Source: an uncultured bacterium
Lineage (GTDB): Bacteria; Verrucomicrobiota; Verrucomicrobiia; Limisphaerales; UBA8199
Reading direction: 5' to 3'
Assembly: GCA_963749495.1 (NCBI GenBank)
Contig: CAVVMW010000005.1
Location: 416,001-480,000 of the forward strand
Length of the DNA: 64,000 bases
Made by a program: the position numbers and the translations under genes. Below are positions 52,085-62,115 of the stretch, piece by piece. The notes under the pieces were generated by a model. That model was not told the origin of the DNA, searched no databases, and saw only the letters and a list, made by a program, of their open reading frames with translations. Numbering within the stretch: the first letter of the stretch is position 1; each line of letters opens with the position of its first letter.

Positions 52085-53502
52085 GGCTGGTCCGGTCGTT
52101 CGGGTGGATCCCATATTTCTTGAGCTTCGAGGTACAGGGTCTTGTAGTCAATGTGGAGCAGGCGGGCGGCCCTGGCCTTGTTGCCGCCTGTTCGGCGCAG
52201 GGCCTCCAGGAGCGCCTCACGTTCCACGTCTCCAACCGCCCGCTCCACAAGTTCTTTCAGCGACGGCAGCTCGGTCCCATTGGGTGGCGTTTTCACACCC
52301 ATGGCCTTAGCAGGAAGGATGCCGTCGCCGGGGCGCCCAAGGCCAAGGTGCTCTTCCCTCACCTCCTCGTCCGCCAGGAGGACCGCGCGACGGATGGTCG
52401 AGCGGAGTTGCCGCACGTTCCCCGGCCAGCAATAGGCGACCAGGGCCTGCTCCGCCGATGCCGAGAATCCCCGCACGGTCTTGTTCAATTCACGGTCGGT
52501 TGAATCCAGGAACCGCTTGGCCAGGTACATGATGTCTTCCGGGCGCTCGCGCAAGGGGGGGATTCTCAGCACGAATTCATTCAACCGGTAGAACAGGTCC
52601 TGACGGAAGCCCCCGGCCGCAACGGAGGCCTCCAAGTCCTCGCTGGCCGCCACCAACAGGCGCAAATCAATCGGGATGGGGCTCGAACCGCCCAAATGAT
52701 ACACCACCCGTTCCTGGAGAACCCGCAACAGTTTCGCCTGCGAGCCAACCGGCAAGTTGAGAATCTCATCCAGGAACAACGTGCCCCCTTGCGCCTGCTC
52801 CATCTTTCCGCGCCTGGGACCCACCGCGCCGGTAAAAGCCCCGCGTTCATGGCCGAAAAGCTCACCCTCGAGCAGCGTTTCGGGAATGGCCCCGCAATCC
52901 ACGGGGACGAACGGGTTTCTGGCCCGCGGACTGGCGAGGTGAATGGCCCGGGCGACCACCTCCTTGCCCGACCCGGTTTCGCCCAGAATGACCACGGTGA
53001 AATTGGACCTGCTGACGCGGTTGATTTCCACAATCAATTTGCCGACGGCCTCGCTGGCGCCCATGACATCGGTCAGATCGTGGTTTGGGTTGGTCTGGCG
53101 AGAGAGTTGCCTCAACCGGGTGTTGTGCTGGCGCTCGGCCAGGGCCCGCCGGACGATGCGCATGAGATCCTGCGCCTGGAAGGGCTTCTGCAAGTAATCG
53201 TGCGCCGCCCCGCGCATCGCTTCCACCGCGCCGTTTATCCCGGCCTGCCCCGTCATCAACACCACCGGAAGGTCTTGGTCCAAATCCTTGAGCTGCCGCA
53301 ACAAGTCCAATCCATCCACATCGGGCAGGACCTTGTCCGCAAGGACCACCTCGGGCGACTCGAGCCGGACTTTTTGCACAGCCGTCTTGCCGTCGTAAGC
53401 CTGCAACGGAATCAGCCCTTCCTTCTCGAGCAGGCGGGCGGTTATCTGGCAGAACTCCTGCTCGTCATCCACGACAAGAATCCGGCTGGCTTCCATGGTC
53501 AT
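52081..53502 (-). CDS. NtrC-family sigma54 response regulator, copy A; +1 frameshift in the Fis HTH at ~52131
   Basis: REC, GETGSGKE, GHERGAFTGA, LFLDE, WPGNVRQL, HTH. Confidence 0.93.
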   Translation of the reverse strand: MTMEASRILVVDDEQEFCQITARLLEKEGLIPLQAYDGKTAVQKVRLESPEVVLADKVLPDVDGLDLLRQLKDLDQDLPVVLMTGQAGINGAVEAMRGAAHDYLQKPFQAQDLMRIVRRALAERQHNTRLRQLSRQTNPNHDLTDVMGASEAVGKLIVEINRVSRSNFTVVILGETGSGKEVVARAIHLASPRARNPFVPVDCGAIPETLLEGELFGHERGAFTGAVGPRRGKMEQAQGGTLFLDEILNLPVGSQAKLLRVLQERVVYHLGGSSPIPIDLRLLVAASEDLEASVAAGGFRQDLFYRLNEFVLRIPPLRERPEDIMYLAKRFLDSTDRELNKTVRGFSASAEQALVAYCWPGNVRQLRSTIRRAVLLADEEVREEHLGLGRPGDGILPAKAMGVKTPPNGTELPSLKELVERAVGDVEREALLEALRRTGGNKARAARLLHIDYKTLYLEAQEIWDPPERPDQP

Positions 53503-53646
53503 CGCTTCTGCTCCTCCGTGTTCAAGGGCGGGAAAACCGGGCAAGCGACGCGAATGTCCTTGGCCAGGCACCCTTCAAGAGAATGGAGCATCCCCAAAAA
53601 CAGGAGGCCCGTCTCGCCCGCCCCCAGTGTGAGGTCAATGCGTTCC
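53499..53646 (-). pseudogene. 3' fragment of the gvp-associated gene that is intact at 61426-62115
   Basis: ERIDLTLGAGETGLLFLGMLHS... only; homology stops at 53646. Confidence 0.85.
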
Positions 53647-53771
53647 GGAGGTGGTTGGCGCCGAGTTTGGCAACGCGAGCTGCTTTCTCTAACCAGAGCC
53701 TCTCTTCGTCCAGGCGCTGCGAGCGAAGGTGACTCGTTGTTCGCGGTTTGCATTTCGGTGGTCATTGCCAC

Positions 53772-53787
53772 AGCACGAAGGATGCCA
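53772..53787 (-). promoter_or_regulatory. Candidate sigma54 promoter upstream of the NtrC-A/Hsp20/Cdc48/gvpF operon
   Basis: TGGCATCCTTCGTGCT with GG-N10-GC spacing. Confidence 0.5.
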
Positions 53788-53982
53788 CCAGTTGAGCCGC
53801 GCTCTCCGGATGTGTCTCGGCCTGCAAGACACGGCCCGTCGCCCTGCGCAATTCATCTTCGTTATCCACCAGAAATACTCTGGCACCCTCGAGGCTCGAG
53901 CATCGCGCACGCGTTACGCAGGGGCAATCGGAGGGATTCCCTACGTTGGCGATGGAAAAATCTCTGGGAAAACGCCTTAGGG

Positions 53983-54077
53983 GTGACGCGTGACGGGTGA
54001 CGGCGGAGGTGACGGGTGACGGGTGAGGAGCAACGCGAGGTTCCGTCACCCGTCGCCGTCACCCCTCACCCGTCACC
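53983..54077. repeat. Inverted heptamer arrays (GTGACGG)n ... (CCGTCAC)n
   Basis: Read directly; units partly degenerate. Confidence 0.85.
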
Positions 54078-54082
54078 TGCCC

Positions 54083-54751
54083 CTACGCCTGCACGATCTC
54101 GTTGCGGAGGGCGTAGCGCACCAGCTCGCTGACCGAGTGCAGGTCGAGCTTGCGCATTATGTTGGCCCGATGCGCTTCCACGGTCTTCACGCTGAGTCCA
54201 AGCTCGAGCGCGATGTCCTTGCTCGTCCAGCCCTCGGCAATGAGCTGAACGACCTCGCGCTCGCGTGGCGTGAGTCGGTCGGCGGGGGCGCCCGCCTGCG
54301 CGGGGTGCTCGCCGGGATGCAGGAACGCATCGAGCAAGAGCGCAGAAGCGGGGCCGGTGAAAAACGGCAGATGTTGCGCCAGCGCCTCCATGGCCGTGGC
54401 GAGCTGCCGCTTTGCGTCTGTCTTCAACAAAAAACCGCGCGCGCCCGCCGCCAACACCGCGCGCGCCAGCATCTCCGAATCGTGCATGGTCAGGATGAGC
54501 ACTTCGGTGCCGGGCAGGGCCTTGCGAATCCGGAGCGTGGCTTCGAGGCCGTTCAGCTCCGGCATGCTGAAGTCGAGTATCACCACGTCCGGCTTGAGCT
54601 CCAGCGCCTTCGCGACGGCCTCGCGGCCGGTGACGGCTTCCCCGCACACCTGGAAATCCGCGCGCGCGGCGAGGATCGTCCTCAGCCCCTCGCGCACCAC
54701 GTCGTGGTCGTCTGCAACCAGGATTCTTATCGTTGATGGTTGATGGTCCAT
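54083..54751 (-). CDS. NarL/LuxR-family response regulator
   Basis: ILVADDHDVVREG, LDFSMPELNG, LTPREREV...KTVEAHRANIMRKL. Confidence 0.95.
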   Translation of the reverse strand: MDHQPSTIRILVADDHDVVREGLRTILAARADFQVCGEAVTGREAVAKALELKPDVVILDFSMPELNGLEATLRIRKALPGTEVLILTMHDSEMLARAVLAAGARGFLLKTDAKRQLATAMEALAQHLPFFTGPASALLLDAFLHPGEHPAQAGAPADRLTPREREVVQLIAEGWTSKDIALELGLSVKTVEAHRANIMRKLDLHSVSELVRYALRNEIVQA

Positions 54752-54769
54752 GCGTCCTCCCGCCCCTCG

Positions 54770-55264
54770 TCACTTTCGGAAAATCGCCTCCTTGTTCGGA
54801 ATGGTCATGCCCTCGGCGGCTTCCATCCGGGCACAAAGCTCCTGCACGAACTGCGGCGAACGCACTCGCCATTCCCAGAGCGCCCCCAGCAGCTCGGTCA
54901 AGTCGAAGACTTCCACGCCGGCCTGGGTGCAGAAGTTGCGCGCGCGTTTGTCGTTGCTCAGAAAAGCCCAACCGCGCGCCTGGCAAATGGCGATGCTCTC
55001 GGCCTCTCCGGCACCCAGCGAAACCGGCATCGCCTCCCGAGCTTGGATTTCCTCGGGGGCCGCGACAACCAATTCCAGCCGCCCCTGGTTCCGCAGGCCC
55101 TTGGTTTGTTCGAGCCAGGCGCACCCGTGGGCCAGGGCCTCGTTCAACTCGGCGAGCACGGCGGACGTCAGCCCCAGCGGGGACCGACCGAAGAGTTGGA
55201 ACAGCAACTCCAACTCGTCCACCCGCGCGAAGGTGGAAAGGATGTTGGTGTCCACGAGGATCAC
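54770..55264 (-). CDS. PIN-domain (DUF3368-like) putative toxin
   Basis: ILVDTNIL, LGAGEAESI, FLSNDKRAR. Confidence 0.85.
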   Translation of the reverse strand: MILVDTNILSTFARVDELELLFQLFGRSPLGLTSAVLAELNEALAHGCAWLEQTKGLRNQGRLELVVAAPEEIQAREAMPVSLGAGEAESIAICQARGWAFLSNDKRARNFCTQAGVEVFDLTELLGALWEWRVRSPQFVQELCARMEAAEGMTIPNKEAIFRK

Positions 55265-55581
55265 ATGTATCGGTCGCGAATCTTCCTGGACTGCTCCCGG
55301 ACGCGCTTCTCATCCACCTCCACCACCACCTTGATCCCGCGTTGGATCATCAGGTTGCGGAACCGGAAGAAGTTCATGCCCGCGATCTCCGCCGCGCGCT
55401 CGAGGCTGATTTCGTCAGCCTTCCACATTGCCAGCGCGGCTTCGATCCGGTACTGAGGCTTGGCCGTGAAGAACGTGTCCAGCACCTCGCGCACGGCTTC
55501 GGCTTCGTTGCGGAACAAACCCGCCCGCACGGTGGCCGCCAGTTCCCGCTCCAGCAAAGTGGTTTCGTTGCTCTCGCTCAT
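55261..55581 (-). CDS. UPF0175-like putative antitoxin
   Basis: ISLERAAEIAGM...F..L...GI; ATGA/GTGA-type overlap with the PIN gene. Confidence 0.82.
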   Translation of the reverse strand: MSESNETTLLERELAATVRAGLFRNEAEAVREVLDTFFTAKPQYRIEAALAMWKADEISLERAAEIAGMNFFRFRNLMIQRGIKVVVEVDEKRVREQSRKIRDRYM

Positions 55582-57871
55582 ATTGTCTGGTCCAATAGTG
55601 GATGGTTAATGGGGAATGGTCAATGGCTGTTCAGTCGGTTCCTCTCCCCGGGGAACAATAGCACGGATCGTCGTGCCTTGCCCGCCAGACTCGATCTCCA
55701 GTCGCCCGCCGAGCAGGCGCATCCGCTCCCCCATCCCCGCAATGCCGACGCCCAGCCAACTACTCCCCACCCGGATGGCCTGGAGTGTCTCCGCGGACAT
55801 GCCGCGGCCCTGGTCGCGCACCTCCAGCGTCACCTGCTCCGCATCGCAAGCAAGGCCGATGCGCGCGCTCGGGCGCCGGCGTGCCGGTAGATGTTGGTGA
55901 GGCCTTCCTGCACAACCCGGAACAGCGCAATCTCGACCTCACCGGCCAACCGCTCGAGAGCGGGTGGCGCGTCGAAAATGACCTGCGTGCCGCTGCGTTT
56001 GGAGAAACCCTCGACGCAGTTCCTGATCGCGGCAGCCAGCCCCAGTTCATCCAGCAAGGGCGGGTGCAGCAAGTGGGAGAGCGTGCGGATTTCCTGCGCG
56101 CATTGCTCGATGAGCGCGAGGCAGTCGGCGAACATGTTGTCCGCCTTGCCCCCGGGGGCGTTAGTGGCGTCCTGGAGCAACCCGACGGACATGCTCAACG
56201 CGGCGAGCTTCTGGCCGGTGGAATCGTGCAAATCGCGGGCGATGCGCCGGCGCTCGGCGTCTTCGGCGTTGCTCAACCGCAACGACAGCCCGCGCAGCGC
56301 CTCCTCCGCCTGTTTGCGCTTGGTGATGTCTCTCAGGAATACAACTACGTACCCTCCTTGCGCGGGCTTGTACTGGGCGCTGACTTCTACGTCAAAACTG
56401 CTGCCGTCCTTGCGGCGGTGCCGGCTTTCAAAGTGGTCCTTGCCTCGTGCCAGGAGTCTTCGCACGTGGGCGGCGGTCTCGGCGGGCGTCTCGACGGCCT
56501 CCAGGTCGGGAGTGCTCATGGCCAGTAGTTCCCGTTCGCTATAGCCGCTCATTTGGCAATAGGCGTCATTGACTTCCAGCAAACGGCCTTGCAGGTCCGC
56601 CCGCCAGAATCCGCTCAAGGCCGTCCGGAGGATTGTCCTGTGCCGATCCTCGCTCTGCCGCAGCGCCTCCTCCGCTCGCTTGCGCTCGGTAATGTTGCGG
56701 AAATACCCGATGAGGCCGTCGGCCTTGCCCATCGCGTCGAACTTCGGAATGTAAGACCCCTCGAAGAACTCGGTCTCACCCCACGAGTTGCGAAGCGGCA
56801 TCTCCAACCGAGCCGGTTTGCCCCTCTCCAACACCTTCCGCTTGATGGCGGTGAGCTTCTCGGCATCCTCCTTTCCGAGGAAGTCCTGCTCCGTCTTTCC
56901 GATCATGTCCGCCTCCGTGAGGCCAAGCTGCGGATTAACGACCCACTGGTAACGCAGGTCACGGTCCTGCATGACGATGTGGTCCGGGGTGTGGGCGGCG
57001 ATGGCGCGGAACCGCGCCTCGCTCTCCCGCAACGCGTTATGAGTCTGCTGGTGCTCAGTGAGCGCCGCCGCCAGGAGCAGCGCGGGAACCGCCGTGATGG
57101 CCAGGAGCAACTCCGCGACAATCACATCATTGAGCACGCCGGGAGCGAAGGAAAAACTCGGGACGCGGCCCCACACGGCGAACGTGACGGCAATCGCCGC
57201 CAGGATGATCATGGCCGTCGCCACGCCGCGCACTCCGAAACGCAAGGCCGCCCACAGCAGGAACGGGAAGGTCGCGTAGGGCAGAAAAATCGCGAACAAT
57301 TTGTGCCCGGACAGAGAACTGAAGACGGCAAAGTTCACCAGAGCCAGCAGGATGAACAGAGCCGCCCCTTCAAACGCCCTTTGCCGATTCCAGGCCCTCG
57401 ACGCGGTTCTGGCCCAAGCGGCCCAAGTCAGAATGAAAGGAGTGACCAGCAAATTGCCGGCGCCTTCGGGGGCGGCCGACCATTGCCACGAGATCCAGAA
57501 CGAATGGGTTCCAGGCAGAAGCTTGGATGCCGCCGCGTCCGCCAGCGACGTCACGGCATTGCTGAGCAGGACCGACAGCGCCAGCCAACGGACCACATCA
57601 CCAACCCTTCTGAAGGTGATCGGCTCTCCCACGAAGCGATGCAGCAGCCAGGCACTCAGCGCCGCATCGCCCGTCAATGACAGCGAGTAAATGGCGCTGA
57701 CGGGCAAGGGCGTGCCCGCCAGCATTTCCGCACTGCAGTCGGTGATGAAGAGCGTGCCAACCAGCCAGGGCCTCAAGTCGCGCCGGCTCAGCAGGATGGC
57801 GGAGAGAAAAATGCCGGCCGGCGGCCAGATGGCCGCAATGCCTTCCGGCTCGAACCGGAGCAACAGGCTAA

Positions 57872-59147
57872 GTACGCCACTTCATAAATTCGGTCACGTA
57901 TTTTCTCAGGCGGCTTGAGGCAGCGCGGTGGCTTGTTCGGGAGCTAATTTGAGGAGGAGTTGGTCCAGGTCTCGACGGGTGAATTTCCACTGGAACGGTC
58001 GAGCGAGCGTCTCGAAATGGCGCTCAAACTGCCAAAGCGCATGCGCCATCTCGTCCAGGGAGCCGAAGTCGTTTGGCGTCAGGACTTTGCGCTCGATAAT
58101 GGAAAAGTAGACCTCGATCTGGTTCAGCCAACTGGCGTGAACTGGGCCATGGACCAGTTGGAGGCGCGGATAACGCTGCTGCAAGCGCCTCACGCTGGGA
58201 AGGCCCCGGTGGGAGGAGCCGTTGTCCACGATCCAAAAGACCCGGCGAGCTTGGGAGTAAGGCGGTTGGGTCATCACGCGGTTGACCAGCCGATCAAAAG
58301 GCGCGATTCCGCTGTGGAGTTCGCAACAGCCAAAGACTTTGGCGTGATGCACATCCAGGGCCGCCAGGTAAGTGCGGGCTCCCCTGCGTGCGTACTCATG
58401 CTCCACCTTCATCGGTTGGCCAGGCCGTGGCGGTCGAGTCGGGTGAATACGGTCCCGGGCTTGAATGCTGGTCTTTTCATCGGCCGAGAGCACGAACTCG
58501 TCCTCGTGCAAAGGGTGCCCGTCCCATACCCGCTCGTAGAGGTCGAGCAGGCGCCCGGCTTTGAGGGCGAAGGCCGGGTCGCGCGGGAAGATCCAACAGC
58601 GGTGAAACCAAGGCCGGATGGCGTCCTGGTGCAACCAACGCCAGAGCGTGGTGTCGCTGATGTGGGCGACCAGCCCGGACTGGCAAACCTCTTCGGTTAG
58701 TTCGGCGAGGCTCCAACGCGACAAGGGTAGGCCTCGCTGACGAGGTAGTTCGCAAGCCAGAGCCTTAACCTGCACGACCAGTTCTGGGGGGAAAAACCCG
58801 GGGCCGACCCGGGCGGGGGAGTTCCTCCAGCCCGCGCAAGCGCTCATGGAAGAAGCGCTTACGCCAGTCACTGACGACTTCTCGGCGGGTATCCAGGCGA
58901 GCAGCAATATCGTCGTTGGCCAGACCCTCAGCCGCCATAAGGATCATTTTAGCCCGGAGGACCTCGAAATACGGTAACGTATATTTCGCCGCTCTTCGTT
59001 CCAGTTCGCGCAGTTCACCCGGGGTCAGCGTGATAGAGAATGGGCTTTTTTTAGGCATAGAATAGTACCGTTCAATGCGGCGCTATTCTATGTGAAACCG
59101 GGAAAGTCAGCAACAAAATACGTTAGTGTATTTATGAAAACGGGTAC
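57872..59147 (-). mobile_element. IS630-family element with two overlapping ORFs
   Basis: Imperfect ~33 bp TIRs (GTAC...TTCATAAAT...ACGTATTTT); CTAAG on both sides, consistent with a TAA duplication. Confidence 0.9.
57906..59058 (-). CDS. IS630 transposase: OrfA (HTH, 58765-59058) + OrfB (DDE), joined by a probable -1 frameshift
   Basis: SADEKTSIQ, IVDNGSSH, HASWLNQIEVYF; TTTTTCCCCCC run at ~58786-58796. Confidence 0.9.
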
Positions 59148-59255
59148 TAAGCCGGGCCACGGTGAAATAGATGAGCGCGACGGACGCGACCCAAAGAACG
59201 TTCCGCCCCAGGGAAGGGCGTGCGGGGAAAAGCAGCGCGCTGTCGCTCTCATTCT

Positions 59256-59468
59256 TCATAGGGAGCAATACACCCCGCAGCCCTCCTGGCACATCTTGAC
59301 CCGCCGCGCCTGGTGGAGAATCGGCAAGTGTCTCGATATGGTGAACGCGGCCAGCCCGAACAATTCCTTGAGCTGGCAGGCGCACAACTCCCGCCCCCGA
59401 AGGACCATCCCCATCCGAACCTGGCTGGCGCCCATCAGCGCCTGACTGATGTTCACGAACTGGGTCAT
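59256..59468 (-). pseudogene. Degenerate ArsR/SmtB regulator
   Basis: ELCACQL.ELFGLA..TISRHL.IL..A retained; many consensus positions lost; truncated. Confidence 0.65.
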
Positions 59469-59530
59469 GAGCCCGATCGTACCCAAGATGGCGAACAGTG
59501 TAAAGCGCCAAGCAAGGGCGAACTGTACGG

Positions 59531-59705
59531 CGGCCGCATCTTGTCAGTACCACCACGGCCCAGGAACGCCGCCTTTAGGCGGCAGGGCCTTGGGAATGCG
59601 AGAGATGTTGGAATGCTCGGGGTCGCGGCCCATTCCGACGCTGCTGCCGCCTGAAGGCGGCGTTCCGCCACGGCCTCGCATGGTGGTACGGACAAGATGC
59701 GCCCC
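59531..59705. mobile_element. GGGGCGCATC-ended MITE with near-perfect 7 bp TSD
   Basis: 25 bp TIRs at 59531-59555 and 59681-59705; flanks TGTACGG/TCTACGG. Confidence 0.82.
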
Positions 59706-59830
59706 TCTACGGCCTCAGGAAAGGGGCGGGGCAGACCCTGCACCCCAGCCCTCCCCTTCCGAAGGGGAGAGGCCACTGGCCAGCAAGTTGCCGAGCCGCC
59801 AGTTGAGCCGGGCTTCCAGGGCCGGCGGGC

Positions 59831-60012
59831 ACGGCTGCCTCGGCGGCGATCGCCCGGCGGACGGCGCGCGGCGCCGCCACGTTGCAGACCGACGCGATGT
59901 CGGCCCCGCTGAACGCGGCGGTCTTCGCGGCCAGCTCGTCAATGCGGAGATCTCCGTGGATGGACGAGCCGCCTTGGGGCCGATCCTCGTCGGAGTTCTT
60001 CTTATTTTTCAT
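59831..60012 (-). pseudogene. Chimeric remnant: Hsp20 5' end fused to the Cdc48 3' end
   Basis: MKNKKNSDEDRPQGG (copy of the 52084 start) joined to RIDELAAKTAAFSGADIASVCN (copy of ~49484-49607). Confidence 0.9.
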
Positions 60013-61429
60013 GGCTGGTCCGGTCGTTCGGGTGGATCCCATATTTCTTGAGCTTCGAGTACAGGGTCTTGTAGTCGATGTGGAGCAGGCGGGCGGCCCT
60101 GGCCTTGTTGCCGCCTGTTCGGCGCAGGGCCTCCAGGAGCGCCTCACGTTCCACGTCTCCAACCGCCCGCTCCACAAGTTCTTTCATCAACGGCAGCTCG
60201 GTCCCATTGGGTGGCGTTTTCACACCCATGGCCTTAGCAGGAAGGATGCCGTCGCCGGGGCGGCCAAGGCCAAGGTGCTCTTCCCTCACCTCCTCGTCCG
60301 CCAGGAGGACCGCGCGACGGATGGTCGAGCGGAGTTGCCGCACGTTCCCCGGCCAGCAATAGGCGACCAGGGCCTGCTCCGCCGATGCCGAGAATCCCCG
60401 CACGGTCTTGTTCAATTCACGGTCGGTTGAATCCAGGAACCGCTTGGCCAGGTACATGATGTCTTCCGGGCGCTCGCGCAAGGGGGGGATTCTCAGCACG
60501 AATTCATTCAACCGGTAGAACAGGTCCTGACGGAAGCCCCCGGCCGCAACGGAGGCCTCCAGGTCCTCGCTGGCCGCAACCAACAGGCGCAAATCAATCG
60601 GGATGGGGGTCGAACCGCCCAAATGATACACCACCCGTTCCTGGAGAACCCGCAACAGCTTCGCCTGCGAGCCAACCGGCAAGTTGAGAATCTCATCCAG
60701 GAACAACGTGCCCCCTTGCGCCTGCTCCATCTTTCCGCGCCTGGGACCCACCGCGCCGGTAAAAGCCCCGCGTTCATGGCCGAAAAGCTCACCCTCGAGC
60801 AGCGTTTCGGGAATGGCCCCGCAATCCACGGGGACGAACGGGTTTCTGGCCCGCGGACTGGCGAAGTGAATGGCCCGGGCGACCACCTCCTTGCCTGACC
60901 CGGTTTCGCCCAGAATGACCACGGTGAAATTGGACCTGCTGACGCGGTTGATTTCCACAATCAATTTGCCGACGGCCTCGCTGGCGCCCATGACATCGGT
61001 CAGATCGTGGTTTGGGTTGGTCTGGCGAGAGAGTTGCCTCAACCGGGTGTTGTGCTGGCGCTCGGCCAGGGCCCGCCGGATGATGCGCATGAGCTCCTGC
61101 GGCTGGAAGGGCTTCTGCAAGTAATCGTGCGCCGCCGCGCGTATCGCTTCCACCGCCCCGTTAATCCCGGCGTACCCCGTCATCAGCACCACCGGAAGGT
61201 CTTGGTCCAAGTCCTTGAGCCGCCGCAACAAGTCCAATCCATCCACGTCAGGCAGGACCTTGTCCGTAAGGACCACCTCGGGCGACTCAAGCCGGACTTT
61301 TTGCACAGCCGTTTTGCCGTCGTAAGCCTGCAACGGAATCAGCCCTTCCTTCTCGAGCAGGCGGGCGGTCATCTCGCAGAAGTCCTGCTCGTCATCCACG
61401 ACAAGAATCCGGCTGGCTTCCATGGTCAT
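60002..61429 (-). CDS. NtrC-family sigma54 response regulator, copy B (intact HTH)
   Basis: As copy A; ends IDYKTLYSKLKKYGI. Confidence 0.95.
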   Translation of the reverse strand: MTMEASRILVVDDEQDFCEMTARLLEKEGLIPLQAYDGKTAVQKVRLESPEVVLTDKVLPDVDGLDLLRRLKDLDQDLPVVLMTGYAGINGAVEAIRAAAHDYLQKPFQPQELMRIIRRALAERQHNTRLRQLSRQTNPNHDLTDVMGASEAVGKLIVEINRVSRSNFTVVILGETGSGKEVVARAIHFASPRARNPFVPVDCGAIPETLLEGELFGHERGAFTGAVGPRRGKMEQAQGGTLFLDEILNLPVGSQAKLLRVLQERVVYHLGGSTPIPIDLRLLVAASEDLEASVAAGGFRQDLFYRLNEFVLRIPPLRERPEDIMYLAKRFLDSTDRELNKTVRGFSASAEQALVAYCWPGNVRQLRSTIRRAVLLADEEVREEHLGLGRPGDGILPAKAMGVKTPPNGTELPLMKELVERAVGDVEREALLEALRRTGGNKARAARLLHIDYKTLYSKLKKYGIHPNDRTSHEK

Positions 61430-62115
61430 CGCTTCTGCTCCTTCGTGTTCAAGGGCGGGAAAACCGGGCAAGCAACGCGAATGTCCCTGGCCAGGCACCC
61501 TTCAAGAGAATGGAGCATCCCCAAAAACAGGAGGCCCGTCTCGCCCGCCCCCAGTGTGAGGTTGATGCGTTCCCCGATGGCTTTGTCGCGCTGCTTGAGC
61601 AAGGACCGGCTAAGAGCCCTATGGCGGGCCTCCAGACGGGCGGCTCGCTCTGTGTGGCCCGCTTCCAGGCTCTGTTTCACCAGCCGGTACTCCTGCACCA
61701 GCAATTCGGCGGGTTCGGTCCCCATGAGAATGGCCCCTTTCTCCATCAAGCGAAGCAAGAGCTGATGGTTCCGGCTTCCGGCTTTGGCGAGGTCCGCCAC
61801 GATTTCCGCCTCTCGCCCGCAGACTGGCAAGCCATCCTGATAGAGACGCACCTTCGAGTACGGCAAAGACCAACCGCCAATCGCCGTTTCAATTTGCGTC
61901 CACACCTGGCCGATCAAGTTGAGGTTGCGCTCCCACCCTTCTTTACCCAGCTTTCGAACGGTCATGGCCTTGACTGCGTGGCGCAGCGCCCCCAGGTCGG
62001 CCTCGGTGTGGATAATGGGCAGGTGAATCAGGCTCCGGCCCTGGGCCTCGGAGGAGGGCTGCCCCTCTGAGGCCGGCCATGGCGGCTTTGTTGTCATTGT
62101 CGTTTTCTGAGGCAT
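61426..62115 (-). CDS. Conserved-looking hypothetical protein coupled to the NtrC gene (gvp-cluster associated)
   Basis: PIIHTEADLG, LYQDGLPVCG, LMGTE, RD..I..RI..TL..GETGLLFLGMLH; ATGA overlap. Confidence 0.75.
   Translation of the reverse strand: MPQKTTMTTKPPWPASEGQPSSEAQGRSLIHLPIIHTEADLGALRHAVKAMTVRKLGKEGWERNLNLIGQVWTQIETAIGGWSLPYSKVRLYQDGLPVCGREAEIVADLAKAGSRNHQLLLRLMEKGAILMGTEPAELLVQEYRLVKQSLEAGHTERAARLEARHRALSRSLLKQRDKAIGERINLTLGAGETGLLFLGMLHSLEGCLARDIRVACPVFPPLNTKEQKR

Larger units (their letters stand above)
52033..53646. repeat. ~1.6 kb near-identical direct repeat of 59961-61573
   Basis: Alignable base by base with scattered substitutions and one indel. Confidence 0.95.
55606..59259 (-). 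pseudogene. MASE1-PAS-PAS-HisKA_3 sensor kinase interrupted by IS630 near codon 38; also a frameshift at ~55875
   Basis: 5' part ...FTVARLS at 59148-59259 joins LLLRFEPEGIAAIWPPAG below 57868; ERRRIARDLHD, FRVVQEGLTN. Confidence 0.88.

Noticed and set aside
53881..53896. Plus-strand GG-N10-GC motif TGGCACCCTCGAGGCT
   Set aside because: It points at repeats and the 3' end of a convergent gene; such motifs arise by chance in GC-rich DNA.
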